From Pseudomonadota bacterium (GTDB taxonomy: Bacteria > Pseudomonadota > Gammaproteobacteria > Burkholderiales > Burkholderiaceae_B): a DNA stretch of 64,000 nucleotides. The notes under the pieces are model-generated. The model searched no databases and had not been told where the DNA came from. It saw nothing but the letters and a program-made list of their open reading frames with translations. Location: NCBI GenBank assembly GCA_023389155.1, contig JAEWEV010000035.1:85866-149865 (forward strand), read 5' to 3'. Made by a program: the position numbers and the translations under genes. Shown here piece after piece: positions 1-9,780 of this stretch. Within the stretch, counting starts at the first letter, position 1. The number at the start of each line of letters is the position of its first letter.

Positions 1-785
1 ACCCTGGCGCCGCGCTTTGCCATCATGTCGATCACTGCCTTGGCCTGATCGATCTGATCAGGCTCGGCCAGGGATTTACCGATATTTTTACCGCTGGCCA
101 GCATAAAGGTATTGGCAATGCCACCCCCGACGACCAGCTGATCAACTTTGTCGGCCAGCGACTGCAGAATGGACAGTTTCGTGGATACCTTGGATCCGCC
201 AACAATCGCGACCAATGGCCGCTTGGGATTCTCCAGTGCCTTGCCCAGCGCCTCCAGCTCGGCTTCCAGTAAGGGGCCGGCGCAGGCGACAGGCGCGAAT
301 TTTGCAATGCCGTGTGTCGTCGCTTCGGCACGATGCGCAGTGCCGAATGCATCATTGGCATATACATCGCAAAGTGCAGCCATCTTTCGGGCCAGCGCTT
401 CATCGTTTTTCTTTTCGCCTATGTTTACTCGGCAATTTTCCAGCAGCACAACCTGGCCAGGCTGGACATCAACGCCATTAACCCAGTCCTGCTCCAGCTG
501 CACAGGCTTACCCAGCAGCTCACTCAATCGTTTGGCCACAGGGGCCAGCGTATCTTCCGGTGCCAGCGTCCCTTCGACGGGACGACCCAAATGCGATGTC
601 ACCATGACTGCTGCACCCGCATCCAGTGCCAGTTCAATTGCGGGTACGGAGGCGCGGATACGCGTATCTTCGGTGATGCTGCCATCATCGCTCAGAGGCA
701 CGTTCAGATCGGAACGGATAAAAACACGTTTGCCCTTGAGCTGCCCGTTTTTTGCCAGCGCAGAAAGCGTTTGTACATTCGCCAT
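1..785 (-). CDS. pgk: phosphoglycerate kinase (N-terminal ~260 aa; 3' end runs off the window)
   Basis: Hand translation of the minus strand from ATG 785-783 gives [63 protein letters not shown], the Pgk N-domain pattern. It is absent from the ORF track because there is no stop inside the window. It lies downstream of gap, as in tkt-gap-pgk clusters. Confidence 0.9.
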   Translation of the reverse strand, partial: MANVQTLSALAKNGQLKGKRVFIRSDLNVPLSDDGSITEDTRIRASVPAIELALDAGAAVMVTSHLGRPVEGTLAPEDTLAPVAKRLSELLGKPVQLEQDWVNGVDVQPGQVVLLENCRVNIGEKKNDEALARKMAALCDVYANDAFGTAHRAEATTHGIAKFAPVACAGPLLEAELEALGKALENPKRPLVAIVGGSKVSTKLSILQSLADKVDQLVVGGGIANTFMLASGKNIGKSLAEPDQIDQAKAVIDMMAKRGAR

Positions 786-875
786 AAAGTCACTCCTTGG
801 TGTAATTGTGAAAAACGGCACTGCCCGCCATAGCGCGCAATGCCGTCAGACTAGTCCTTCACAGACGCCAACTGC

Positions 876-1886
876 TTATTTCGCAGTCATCAAAGCGACG
901 GTGGTATCGAGCATGCGGTTGGAGAAACCCCATTCATTGTCGTACCAGGAAGACACTTTGACGAGCTTGCCAGACACTTTGGTCAGTGTTGAGTCGTAGG
1001 TGCTTGAGGCAGGATTGTGATTGAAGTCGATGGACACCAGAGGCGCCTCGTTGTAATCCAGAATGCCTTTAAGAGCACCTTCGGATGCTTTTTTCAGGAT
1101 GCTGTTGACTTCCTCTACCGTGGTTTCGCGCTTGGCGATGAACGACAGGTCAACCATGGAGACGTTGATGGTAGGAACGCGGATAGCGTAACCGTCCAGT
1201 TTGCCATTGAGCTCCGGCAGAACCAGACCCACAGCCGCCGCCGCACCCGTCTTGGTGGGAATCATGCTCATGGTGGCGGAACGGGCACGACGCAGGTCTT
1301 CGTGATAGACGTCAGTCAACACCTGGTCATTGGTGTAGGCATGCACCGTTGTCATTAGCCCGGTTTCCACGCCCAGCGCTTCATGCAGGGGCTGAACCAG
1401 CGGAGCCAGACAGTTGGTGGTGCACGATGCATTGGAGATGACAGTATCGGAGGCCTTCAGGGTCTGATGATTCACGCCGAACACAACTGTCGCGTCAACG
1501 TCTTTTCCGCCGGGAGCAGAAATGACCACTTTCTTGGCGCCACCCTTGATGTGGGCACTGGCTTTTTCCTTGCTTGTGAAGAAACCGGTACATTCGAGAA
1601 CCACATCAACGTTCAGTTCGCCCCATGGCAGTTCGGCTGGATTGCGGTTGGCAAGCACACGGATTTTGTCGCCGTTAACCACCATGTTCTCACCATCAAC
1701 GGTAACAGTACCAGGGAAGCGGCCATGTGCAGTGTCATACTGAGTCAGGTGAGCATTGGTTTTCGGATCGCCCAGATCATTAATCGCGACGATTTCGATA
1801 TCATGCTTTTTACCGCCTTCATAGTGAGCACGCAGTACATTGCGGCCGATGCGGCCATAGCCGTTAATTGCAACACGAATGGTCAT
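876..1886 (-). CDS. gap: glyceraldehyde-3-phosphate dehydrogenase (type I)
   Basis: ORF 876..2027 trimmed to the internal ATG at 1886, giving [15 protein letters not shown]. An AGGAGA Shine-Dalgarno (SD) ribosome-binding motif lies just upstream. The catalytic [12 protein letters not shown] motif is present. Length 336 aa. Confidence 0.93.
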   Translation of the reverse strand: MTIRVAINGYGRIGRNVLRAHYEGGKKHDIEIVAINDLGDPKTNAHLTQYDTAHGRFPGTVTVDGENMVVNGDKIRVLANRNPAELPWGELNVDVVLECTGFFTSKEKASAHIKGGAKKVVISAPGGKDVDATVVFGVNHQTLKASDTVISNASCTTNCLAPLVQPLHEALGVETGLMTTVHAYTNDQVLTDVYHEDLRRARSATMSMIPTKTGAAAAVGLVLPELNGKLDGYAIRVPTINVSMVDLSFIAKRETTVEEVNSILKKASEGALKGILDYNEAPLVSIDFNHNPASSTYDSTLTKVSGKLVKVSSWYDNEWGFSNRMLDTTVALMTAK

Positions 1887-1902
1887 TACATTCTCTCCTG
1901 TT

Positions 1903-3957
1903 TTATAAAACCTGTTTAACCGTATTTGCCACGTTTTCCGCGGTAAACCCGAAATGCTTGAACAGCACACCGGCAGGGGCGGATTCACCATAGGTATCCA
2001 GGCCCACTGCAGCGCCGTTGCGCCCAATGTACTTATACCAGCCGGCAGTAACGCCCGCTTCTACCGAAACGGCAGGCAGCGTCGGGGGAATGACGCTGTC
2101 ACGCCATTCGGCAGTCTGTCTGTCGAAAACCGAGGTGCTGGGCATTGACACCACGCGTACAGGAATATTTTCCTTCGCAAGCAGTGCCTGTGCCTCGAGC
2201 GCCAACCCCACTTCGGAACCGGTAGCAATAATAACGGCTTGAGCGCCTTCCGCGTCACGCAAGACGTAACCACCTTTTTCTATTTGTTCGATGGTCGCGT
2301 TGTCACGCTCAACAAAAGGCAGGTTCTGGCGAGACAGCAGCAAGGCGCTGGGTCCACCCTGACCGACATTCATGCCGACACTGACCGGCCGGGAAACAGC
2401 AGATTTCCAGGCAATGGCCGTTTCGGTCGTGTCGCAGGGGCGCCAGACATCCAGATTGGGGATCAAACGCAGGCTTGCTGCATGCTCGACAGATTGGTGT
2501 GTTGGTCCGTCTTCGCCCAGGCCGATGGAGTCGTGCGTAAAAATATGCACAACGCGCTGCTTCATCAGGGCCGCCATGCGAATGGCATTGCGCGAATAAT
2601 CGGAGAAGGTCAGGAAGGTGCCGCCAAAAGGCAGATAGCCACCATGCAGGGCGACGCCATTCATGATGGCAGCCATGCCGAATTCCCGTACGCCGTAATT
2701 GATGTGACGGCCGAAACGCACATGACCGTCAGTGCCGCTGCGAACAGCACCGGCGCCTTTCCAGTCGGTAAATACGGAACCTGTCAGATCGGCAGAGCCG
2801 CCCAGCATCTCGGGCAGCATATCGGCCATCGCCGTAATGGCAAATTGGGATGCCTTGCGCGAGGCCACGGTTTCGCCTTTGCTGACCGTTTCCTGGAGAA
2901 AAGCACTGAATTTCTCGGCGAAATCGTCAGGCATTTTGCCGCTCATGCGGCGGGTAAACTCCTGCGCCTGCTCGGGGTAGTCGATGGCATAAAGCGCAAA
3001 CTGTTTTTTCCAGTCGCGCTGCGCCTGCTCGCCTCGCTCCAGCTGACTCCATCCGGCGTAAACATCGTCAGAGATTTCAAACGGAGGTAAAGTCCAGCCA
3101 ATGGCTTCGCGCGTGGCGGCAATTTCAGCCGCACCCAGCGGCGCACCGTGAACCTTGTCGCTACCTTGCAGATTGGGCGCGCCTTTGCCGATGGTGGTTT
3201 TGCAGATAATCAATGTCGGGCCGGAAGAGCCGCGCTGTGCCTGCTGTTTGGCCTTGGCAATCGCGTGATCGACGGCAACCACATCGTGTCCGTTCACACC
3301 GCGAATGACGTTCCAGCCATAGCCTTCAAAGCGCTTGGCAGTATCGTCGGCAAACCAGGACTCAACCTTGCCATCAATGGATATGCCATTGTCATCGTAC
3401 AGCACAACGAGTTTGGACAGTTTCAGCGTGCCGGCAAGCGAACAGACCTCATGGGAAATGCCCTCCATGAGACAGCCATCGCCCACAAATGCGTAGGTGT
3501 AATGATCAACAATTTTGTGGTCGGGTTTATTGAATTCTGCCGCCAGCAGTTCCTCTGCCAGGGCAAAGCCGACCGCGTTTGACAATCCCTGGCCAAGCGG
3601 GCCAGTTGTCGTCTCGACACCAGCTGTGATGCCCACCTCGGGGTGGCCTGGGGTTTTGGAATGCAACTGGCGGAACTGACGCAGTTCGTCAATAGGCAGA
3701 TCGTAACCGGTCAGGTGCAGCAGGGAGTACAGGAGCATCGAGCCATGGCCGTTGGACAGCACAAAACGGTCCCGATCAGGCCAGGCAGGGTCTGCCGGGT
3801 TATGGCGAAGATGGCGGGTCCAGAGCGCTTCGGCGATCTCTGCCATTCCCATTGGGGCACCGGGGTGTCCCGAATTGGCCTGTTGCACGGCGTCCATGGC
3901 CAGCGCGCGGATTGCATTGGAAAGATGGGAATTCGATGTTGCGGCCGTGGTGGTCAT
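1903..3957 (-). CDS. tkt: transketolase
   Basis: 684 aa. Contains N-terminal [29 protein letters not shown] and the thiamine-diphosphate motif [12 protein letters not shown]. Confidence 0.95.
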   Translation of the reverse strand: MTTTAATSNSHLSNAIRALAMDAVQQANSGHPGAPMGMAEIAEALWTRHLRHNPADPAWPDRDRFVLSNGHGSMLLYSLLHLTGYDLPIDELRQFRQLHSKTPGHPEVGITAGVETTTGPLGQGLSNAVGFALAEELLAAEFNKPDHKIVDHYTYAFVGDGCLMEGISHEVCSLAGTLKLSKLVVLYDDNGISIDGKVESWFADDTAKRFEGYGWNVIRGVNGHDVVAVDHAIAKAKQQAQRGSSGPTLIICKTTIGKGAPNLQGSDKVHGAPLGAAEIAATREAIGWTLPPFEISDDVYAGWSQLERGEQAQRDWKKQFALYAIDYPEQAQEFTRRMSGKMPDDFAEKFSAFLQETVSKGETVASRKASQFAITAMADMLPEMLGGSADLTGSVFTDWKGAGAVRSGTDGHVRFGRHINYGVREFGMAAIMNGVALHGGYLPFGGTFLTFSDYSRNAIRMAALMKQRVVHIFTHDSIGLGEDGPTHQSVEHAASLRLIPNLDVWRPCDTTETAIAWKSAVSRPVSVGMNVGQGGPSALLLSRQNLPFVERDNATIEQIEKGGYVLRDAEGAQAVIIATGSEVGLALEAQALLAKENIPVRVVSMPSTSVFDRQTAEWRDSVIPPTLPAVSVEAGVTAGWYKYIGRNGAAVGLDTYGESAPAGVLFKHFGFTAENVANTVKQVL

Positions 3958-4058
3958 GCGGATCCTGTAGAAGTCACGGTTTAGTTACGATTAACCAGCG
4001 ATTTTACCACTCGATGATTTCCGCGTGCCGCTCGCAGTAAATAAAGTAAAATTTAGCC

Positions 4059-4817
4059 ATGAGTCACCTTCCCCGTTTCTATTGTCCTGTTCCGCTGTCG
4101 GCAAATACATGCGTGGCTTTGCCTGAAGCCGCAGCCCACCATGCATCCCGCTCCCTGCGCTTACGCGAGGGCGACACCATCGTGCTTTTCAATGGAAATG
4201 GCGCACAGTTCCCCGGCATATTGCGCTTTGAACAGGGTCGCGCAATGGCTGAACTTGGCGACGCACAGTACACGCGAACCGAACTGCCGGGCAGCATTGG
4301 CCTGGTACAGGGTCTGCCGGCTGGCGACAAAATGGACTGGATTATCGAAAAGGCCGCAGAACTCGGGGTGAGTGACATTTTTCCCGTCAGTGCCGAACGC
4401 AGCATCGTGCAGCTTTCAGGAAACCGACTGGAAAAACGCCATATACACTGGCAGCGTATTGCCGAATCGGCCAGTGAACAGTCAGGCCGCAACTGCATCT
4501 TGCGGGTGCATTCCCTGCAGTCGTTGCGATCCTATCTGCAGCAACCTGGCAACCCGAGGGGATTTCTCTGCCACCCAGAAGGAGGCACGTCTTTTTTGCA
4601 GGCGCTGTCACAGTCATCACAAATGCCATCGCAATCAGATACTGCACCTGCAATGCGTTTGCTGATCGGCCCCGAAGGAGGATGGTCGCAGCAAGAACTC
4701 GACTTGGCGCAGGCCGCAGGCGTTGAAAAAGTCACGTTCGGCGAACGGATTCTGCGAACAGAAACGGCCGGTATTGCAATGACGGCCGCAGCAGTGGCAA
4801 CACTAGGGTGGGTGTAA
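4059..4817 (+). CDS. rsmE: 16S rRNA (uracil1498-N3)-methyltransferase
   Basis: 252 aa. Starts MSHLPRFY, as RsmE proteins do. The C-terminal LLIGPEGGWSQQEL..RILRTETA SPOUT-type motif is present. Confidence 0.85.
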   Translation: MSHLPRFYCPVPLSANTCVALPEAAAHHASRSLRLREGDTIVLFNGNGAQFPGILRFEQGRAMAELGDAQYTRTELPGSIGLVQGLPAGDKMDWIIEKAAELGVSDIFPVSAERSIVQLSGNRLEKRHIHWQRIAESASEQSGRNCILRVHSLQSLRSYLQQPGNPRGFLCHPEGGTSFLQALSQSSQMPSQSDTAPAMRLLIGPEGGWSQQELDLAQAAGVEKVTFGERILRTETAGIAMTAAAVATLGWV

Positions 4818-4898
4818 CGCAGCGTTAGGAGTGGGACGGGCCGATAGGATCCTCTGTTTTAAAGCAAATCCCAGTCACGCAGTTGCTGCGTATATCGA

Positions 4899-4934
4899 CT
4901 GCTCTATAAATCCAGGTCTGCTCTATAAATCCAG
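4899..4934. repeat. perfect 17-nt direct repeat (ctgctctataaatccag x2, 2-nt spacer) spanning the Nudix stop codon
   Basis: Read directly: copy 1 at 4899-4915 and copy 2 at 4918-4934. Copy 2 contains the last codons and the TAG stop (4923-4925) of the minus-strand Nudix gene. Confidence 0.9.
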
Positions 4935-5378
4935 ATCAGCACCGGCAAACAGAATTTCTTTCGGATAAGGTAGCGCAAGCGTGGGCATATCGTCCCAGGA
5001 AAAATAGCGCAGGCTGCGCGTTTCAGCGTCACGTGCAGCCTGCGTGCCCTGGACTTCACAATGGAACAGGATCACCGTGTATTCCACTTCGTCCCCATTC
5101 GGATAAATATAGCGGAACGACTTTCCCCCAAATACCGCGGTGAGCGTCGCCGATACCAACTCCAGACCGGTTTCTTCCTGAATTTCGCGAGCCAACGCTT
5201 CCTGTGGGGTCTCGCCCAGTTCGATGGCGCCGGCAGGCAGGCTCCATCCTTCTTCCTGGCTTTTTTCCTGCAGCAGGATATGCCCTTCTGCATTTGTAAT
5301 AACAGCCGCTACCGAAGGCACAAGAATCAGTTCACTGCCCAGTTTCGCGCGCAAATTCCATATGTAATCGGATAGCAT
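4923..5378 (-). CDS. NUDIX hydrolase
   Basis: 151 aa. Nudix box GAIELGETPQEALAREIQEETGL is present. Confidence 0.85.
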   Translation of the reverse strand: MLSDYIWNLRAKLGSELILVPSVAAVITNAEGHILLQEKSQEEGWSLPAGAIELGETPQEALAREIQEETGLELVSATLTAVFGGKSFRYIYPNGDEVEYTVILFHCEVQGTQAARDAETRSLRYFSWDDMPTLALPYPKEILFAGADLDL

Positions 5379-5491
5379 GGGGTTTCCTTGTCGTTAGACC
5401 GGTGTTGGCCGCGAAACACGGCAATTGAGCCGCTCAATCATCTGCCTATGGCGAGTCATCCACCGTTGACCGGCGGATCACCGCCAATGCG

Positions 5492-5959
5492 TTATTCGCT
5501 TTCGGCGTAAGGCCGTGGAGAGCGTCCGGGTTCCGGCGCCTCGTGCTTGCCTGCGTGCTCTACCATGTACGAGAAGACGCGGCCATTGTCGTCACCGTAT
5601 TCAACCGTATCGTTAAGCACGCCCTTAATCGCTTCGATATGTTCTAGCAGCGAATCATCTTCAGAATGAAGACGGCGCAAGGCCAGCACCATGCCGATTT
5701 TCTGCTCCTGCAGCGTTTCCCCCAGACAGTCGAGCAGCGCATCCATATTGCTGCCAAAAAAAACCGGATAATCGACTGCCTTGGCTATCGCACGCAGCAC
5801 CGCGGAACAACTGCGCGCCTTGTCACAGTCTGCCTCGAAATAAGCCAGACCTGCCTGTTCGGCATGAGATTTGAGTTCGTCAAGGCCAACGGATTTTTCT
5901 TTTATGGCGCCACCCGTTTCCAGGATGGTCTTCAATGGGGTACCTGTTTTTTTAATCAT
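5492..5959 (-). CDS. barstar-family (ribonuclease-inhibitor fold) protein
   Basis: YPVFFGSNMDALLDCLGE matches the barstar core motif (YYGENLDALWDCLTG in Bacillus barstar, from memory). The ATG at 5959 is preferred over 5971 because a GGAG lies 6 nt upstream. This start overlaps the patatin stop as ATGATTAA. Confidence 0.7.
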   Translation of the reverse strand: MIKKTGTPLKTILETGGAIKEKSVGLDELKSHAEQAGLAYFEADCDKARSCSAVLRAIAKAVDYPVFFGSNMDALLDCLGETLQEQKIGMVLALRRLHSEDDSLLEHIEAIKGVLNDTVEYGDDNGRVFSYMVEHAGKHEAPEPGRSPRPYAESE

Positions 5960-7187
5960 TGACCTCTCCATAAAAAAACGCTTTGATTTCTTCCTGACGT
6001 GCCATCACGTCGTTAAAGGCCAGCTCAATCAGCTCACCCGTAAAGGCTGATTCAAAAAGCAGGAATGAGGCAAGCAACCCACCAGACTCTTTTTCAGGTC
6101 GTGCCGAAACACCTAACACCCGTAAAAAGGCCCGAACCGACTTAGGCATGCAATTTAAATGCTTCAAGGCGATTTCGTCAATAGATTTACTGGGACTTAT
6201 CGTTAAAACATCTATTTTTTTCACCCCGGTGTTTAACTTTACGCCTTGGGGAACGGCATCGAGCAATGTATTGATACGACTGATTCGCTCCAGATCGATG
6301 GATAAACCATCGATAAAGATGTCTGACAAGGCATGACCACCGATCTGGGCGAGTGTCGGATACTGATCGCTCTGATGCGAACAATCCTCCTGTTCTGTCA
6401 CATCACCGTGAGAACTGGTACTGATGACAAGAACACGATCAGCCCCCAGATGGATGGCAGGGCTGATAGGTGCCAGCTGGCGCATGGAGCCGTCGCCGCA
6501 CCATTCCCACTTATTCTCCAGTGCCAGGCGTGCGGCGGGAAATACGAAGGGAATGGCGCTAGACGCCATCAGATGCTCCAGGGCAATGGGTTCGGCAATA
6601 GCATAACGGCGACGTCCTTTCCAGGCATCAAGGGAATGTGCGGACTGGTAGAACGTCAGATGATTACCGCTGGTATAGCTGGATGCCGTGATTGCCAACC
6701 CTCTCAGGTGCCCGCGGTCCAGATTGTGCTGCACATTGGGAAAATCAATACTGTTGCATAATAGCTGCGCCAGCGGGCGATTATCGAGCAGTGATTTGGG
6801 CGCGTTGTCGCGCAGACCCTGCAATGCCCAGCCAAATGTGAGCATACCCAGCCAGCGCATACCATTGCCGAACACGCCGACAGGATCTGAGCGATAGACA
6901 TTCCCGGTATGCAGGCCACGCCAGATTTTTTCGAGTCGTTTCAGGGCACTGTGAGGGTGGGCCGCCCGGCAGGCATAGCCTATGGCATTGATAGCCCCTG
7001 CCGAGGAGCCACATACGATGGAAAAAGGGTTCTGAAAGCGGGGTGACCGATGGGGATCAAGAATGGCAAGGACGGCCTGTAGCGCTCCCACCTGATACGC
7101 AGCCCGGGCCCCACCGCCGGTCAGAACCAGTGCGGACTGAAGATCACCTGTAGCGGCAAGGCCGGGGATCGCACTATCATTGCTCAT
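5952..7187 (-). CDS. patatin-like phospholipase
   Basis: Contains the oxyanion motif LTGGGARAAY, the lipase serine motif GSSAG, and a downstream DG(S) dyad region. The track ORF begins at TTG 7211. I prefer ATG 7187 (MSNDSAIPG), but neither start has a strong SD motif. Confidence 0.8.
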   Translation of the reverse strand: MSNDSAIPGLAATGDLQSALVLTGGGARAAYQVGALQAVLAILDPHRSPRFQNPFSIVCGSSAGAINAIGYACRAAHPHSALKRLEKIWRGLHTGNVYRSDPVGVFGNGMRWLGMLTFGWALQGLRDNAPKSLLDNRPLAQLLCNSIDFPNVQHNLDRGHLRGLAITASSYTSGNHLTFYQSAHSLDAWKGRRRYAIAEPIALEHLMASSAIPFVFPAARLALENKWEWCGDGSMRQLAPISPAIHLGADRVLVISTSSHGDVTEQEDCSHQSDQYPTLAQIGGHALSDIFIDGLSIDLERISRINTLLDAVPQGVKLNTGVKKIDVLTISPSKSIDEIALKHLNCMPKSVRAFLRVLGVSARPEKESGGLLASFLLFESAFTGELIELAFNDVMARQEEIKAFFYGEVND

Positions 7188-7498
7188 TGGCTGCCTGGGT
7201 TCCGCTATCAATTTTGAAAAGGCTGATTGCCAGGATATGGCAAATGTCTACCGGACAACCGTTTTCCGGGTAATTGAGGAACTGACTGCGAAGCTTTTGA
7301 TTCATTCTGGCTCCTGAAAGCGTTTGTAGTGCGAGATATCACGGAGCAGCATCCCACGCCGTTGCAAATTGAAACCCGTCTGATAGCTATGATACGAAAA
7401 TTCATTGCCGAATGCATCCGCTAATTCCGACACGGGTTTATCCCCTACTTTATCGCGCGAGGCTGGATCGTGCAGGACAGCAATGGGCGAATCAGAGC

Positions 7499-8416
7499 TC
7501 AGACGGCGTGGGTACGCAGCAGTTCGTCGGGATAGGGAAACCGGCCAGCGGGATCAAACAGGGCTTTGATGCTGCCTTCGATGTGATGATGATGGGAGGC
7601 AGCCCAGTCCAGATCGTCCTGGTCCAGGGGGATATCCGTCACGATATCGATCTGCGGCATGCGCCGGATGACCAGTTCCTGGCACCAGATCAGCGTGCCA
7701 CCATGTCCCAGAAAGAGCTGGGCCAGATTGATATCGCCCAGGCGCGGTTTGAGCGCATCGAGCCGATAGGCCAGCGGCCAGCGTGGCATGGCAAGACAGT
7801 GAGTGATATCGGCATCGGACAGTTGTTCGAACAGCGCAGGAATCAGCCGCTGCAGGGCGGGCAACCGCAAGGGAGATTCATCGTTCACGCCGAAGCCGCC
7901 CAGCACGGCAGTCTGCCCGTCGGAAAAAAGCGCATGCACGCGTTCCAGCCCCGAACTGGCGGTGCAGCCAGGGCGACAGTCGTGCCATTGCGGCATGGCG
8001 AGCCATTGAGACAGCGTAAGGTCGGCAGGAACCTGCGAGAATTGCATATATCCCTGCGACTGCATATGTGCGACCGTTGTGCCGGGCAAGGCCAGGCAGG
8101 CGTGCTCGCCCAGGGCTTCGGTACCCGCAAGGTCAGGGCCCATTTCGATCATCAGGCTTGATCGGCCAATGATGGTATCGGCAGTGGCCGTGCCATCCAG
8201 CACCATCGCGACATCATATTCCTGACACAGCTGCCGCAGCGATGGTAGATTCTTCAAATTCTGCAGCACAATACTCGCGGAATAAAACCCGTCAATTTCC
8301 TGCTCATTGGCCAGCGGCGATTCGAGCGCACGCTGTACCCGACGGCAGAAAGCCGGCCAGGGACCTTCCTGAGGACGTTTACTGAGGGTAAGGAAGCGGC
8401 GACGATTCACATGCAT
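7499..8416 (-). CDS. FAD-linked oxidase (GlcD/GlcE)-like protein with degenerate FAD motifs; function unknown
   Basis: LFLGHGGTLIWCQELVIRRMP resembles the LFIGSEGTLGVIT segment of this family. The C-terminal IKALFDPAGRFP resembles the family tail (compare IKQVFDPQGIMNPGKV in the CDS at 52853). The N-terminus has RRRFLT. The start is uncertain (8416 or 8476). Confidence 0.45.
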   Translation of the reverse strand: MHVNRRRFLTLSKRPQEGPWPAFCRRVQRALESPLANEQEIDGFYSASIVLQNLKNLPSLRQLCQEYDVAMVLDGTATADTIIGRSSLMIEMGPDLAGTEALGEHACLALPGTTVAHMQSQGYMQFSQVPADLTLSQWLAMPQWHDCRPGCTASSGLERVHALFSDGQTAVLGGFGVNDESPLRLPALQRLIPALFEQLSDADITHCLAMPRWPLAYRLDALKPRLGDINLAQLFLGHGGTLIWCQELVIRRMPQIDIVTDIPLDQDDLDWAASHHHHIEGSIKALFDPAGRFPYPDELLRTHAV

Positions 8417-8552
8417 GATGGATTGGTAAAGCCCTTGCGGCGACAACGGTAAAACAGTCAGGTAAACACAATGCACCCGAGAAAACGTCCCGTCAGACGT
8501 TTCCCGTTACAATAGACATTCACCCCGAATATTCTTTATCCTCTATTTTACC

Positions 8553-9722
8553 TTGCCCAGTTTCATCATGACCCGTTTTGCCCACCGAATCGACCAGGCG
8601 CTGACTTTTCACGCAATAGAAGTCACCAAGGCTGCCCAGCAATTGCGTGAACAGGGTGAGGATGTCATCAGCCTGGGGATCGGCGAACCGGATTTCACCG
8701 CACCTCCGATTGTGGTCGATACGCTTGCCCGTGCCGCGCAGGCCGGTCTGAGCGGATACAGTCCCGCGCTGGGGATTATGCCGCTGCGGACAGCCATCGC
8801 TGACTATTACGCGAGCCACTGGGGAGCAGAGGTCGATCCTGGACGTATTATCGTGACTGCAGGTGCCTCCGGCGCCCTGTCGCTTGCCTGCATGACCCTG
8901 CTCAATCCGGGCGATGAAATTCTCATGCCCGATCCGGCCTATCCGGCCAATTCGAATTTCATTCTGTGTTCAGGTGCCACACCACGGCTGGTTCCATGCA
9001 CCGCAGAAGACCGTTTCCAGCTCTCTGCCCGGACGATCGCCGCCAACTGGACAGACAAAACCAGAGGGGTGCTGATCGCGTCTCCGAGCAACCCAACAGG
9101 CACTTCCATCGAGCGCGACGAACTGGTCAATATCATTCGCACGGTCCGGGAGCGCAACGGCCTGGTCATCATGGACGAAATTTATCTGGGCCTGTGTTAT
9201 GACAGACAGCCGGAATCCGCACTGGCTCTGGATCAGGATATTGTCGTGATCAACAGTTTCTCCAAGTACTTCAACATGACCGGCTGGCGTCTGGGCTGGA
9301 TGGTCGTTCCTGAAAATATGGTAAGTGGTGTGGAAAAGCTGGCCGCCAGTCTGTGCATCTGCCCGCCAACCCTGGCCCAGCATGCAGCGATTTCATGTTT
9401 TACCGAAGAGGCACTGGCCATCTACGAACGGCGTCGCCTGGCCTTCATGGAGCGCCGCGACTATCTGCTGCCTGAGTTTGAAAAGCTTGGGATCCACGTG
9501 CCAGTCAAACCTGACGGGGCTTTTTATATCTACGCCGATATCAGCCAGCATGGCATGAGCAGCGATCAGTTCGCCCACAAGTTGCTGCATGAAGCAGGCG
9601 TCGCCGTGGTACCGGGCCTGGATTTCGGACCCGCCTACGCACAGAAAATGATTCGCGTATCGTATGCAACCGCCCTGGACAGGCTGCGCGAAGCCGTTGC
9701 CCGGCTGCAGAAAATTCTGTAA
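8553..9722 (+). CDS. class I/II pyridoxal-phosphate-dependent aminotransferase
   Basis: 389 aa. Contains LGIGEPDF and the PLP-lysine region NSFSKYFNMTGWRLGW. Confidence 0.85.
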   Translation: MPSFIMTRFAHRIDQALTFHAIEVTKAAQQLREQGEDVISLGIGEPDFTAPPIVVDTLARAAQAGLSGYSPALGIMPLRTAIADYYASHWGAEVDPGRIIVTAGASGALSLACMTLLNPGDEILMPDPAYPANSNFILCSGATPRLVPCTAEDRFQLSARTIAANWTDKTRGVLIASPSNPTGTSIERDELVNIIRTVRERNGLVIMDEIYLGLCYDRQPESALALDQDIVVINSFSKYFNMTGWRLGWMVVPENMVSGVEKLAASLCICPPTLAQHAAISCFTEEALAIYERRRLAFMERRDYLLPEFEKLGIHVPVKPDGAFYIYADISQHGMSSDQFAHKLLHEAGVAVVPGLDFGPAYAQKMIRVSYATALDRLREAVARLQKIL

Positions 9723-9780
9723 AACCCGTGGTCGTATTGCATCGCGGCTGGAAACGCAAACCCTGCCGCAATTGCCTGTT

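Noticed and set aside
148-999. 283-aa plus-strand ORF, together with nested ORFs 215..481 and 312..833
   Set aside because: It is antisense to the clearly recognisable pgk and gap genes. The translation is Ser/Ala/Thr-rich low complexity with no motif. This is the typical shadow ORF of a GC-rich coding region.
4899-4934. Tandem 17-nt repeat as a mini-CRISPR array
   Set aside because: There are only two copies with a 2-nt spacer, the repeat is not palindromic, and there are no cas genes. It is not CRISPR.
5952-7211. Patatin gene as a CBASS CapV-type defence effector
   Set aside because: No CD-NTase/cyclase, Cap2/Cap3 or other CBASS component lies within the flanking genes. The neighbours are housekeeping-like. 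The CapV reading is therefore unsupported.
7208-7417. 69-aa minus-strand ORF upstream of patatin
   Set aside because: It has no SD motif and an implausible composition. A different-frame 42-codon ORF with a strong SD motif in the same region is reported as a finding instead.
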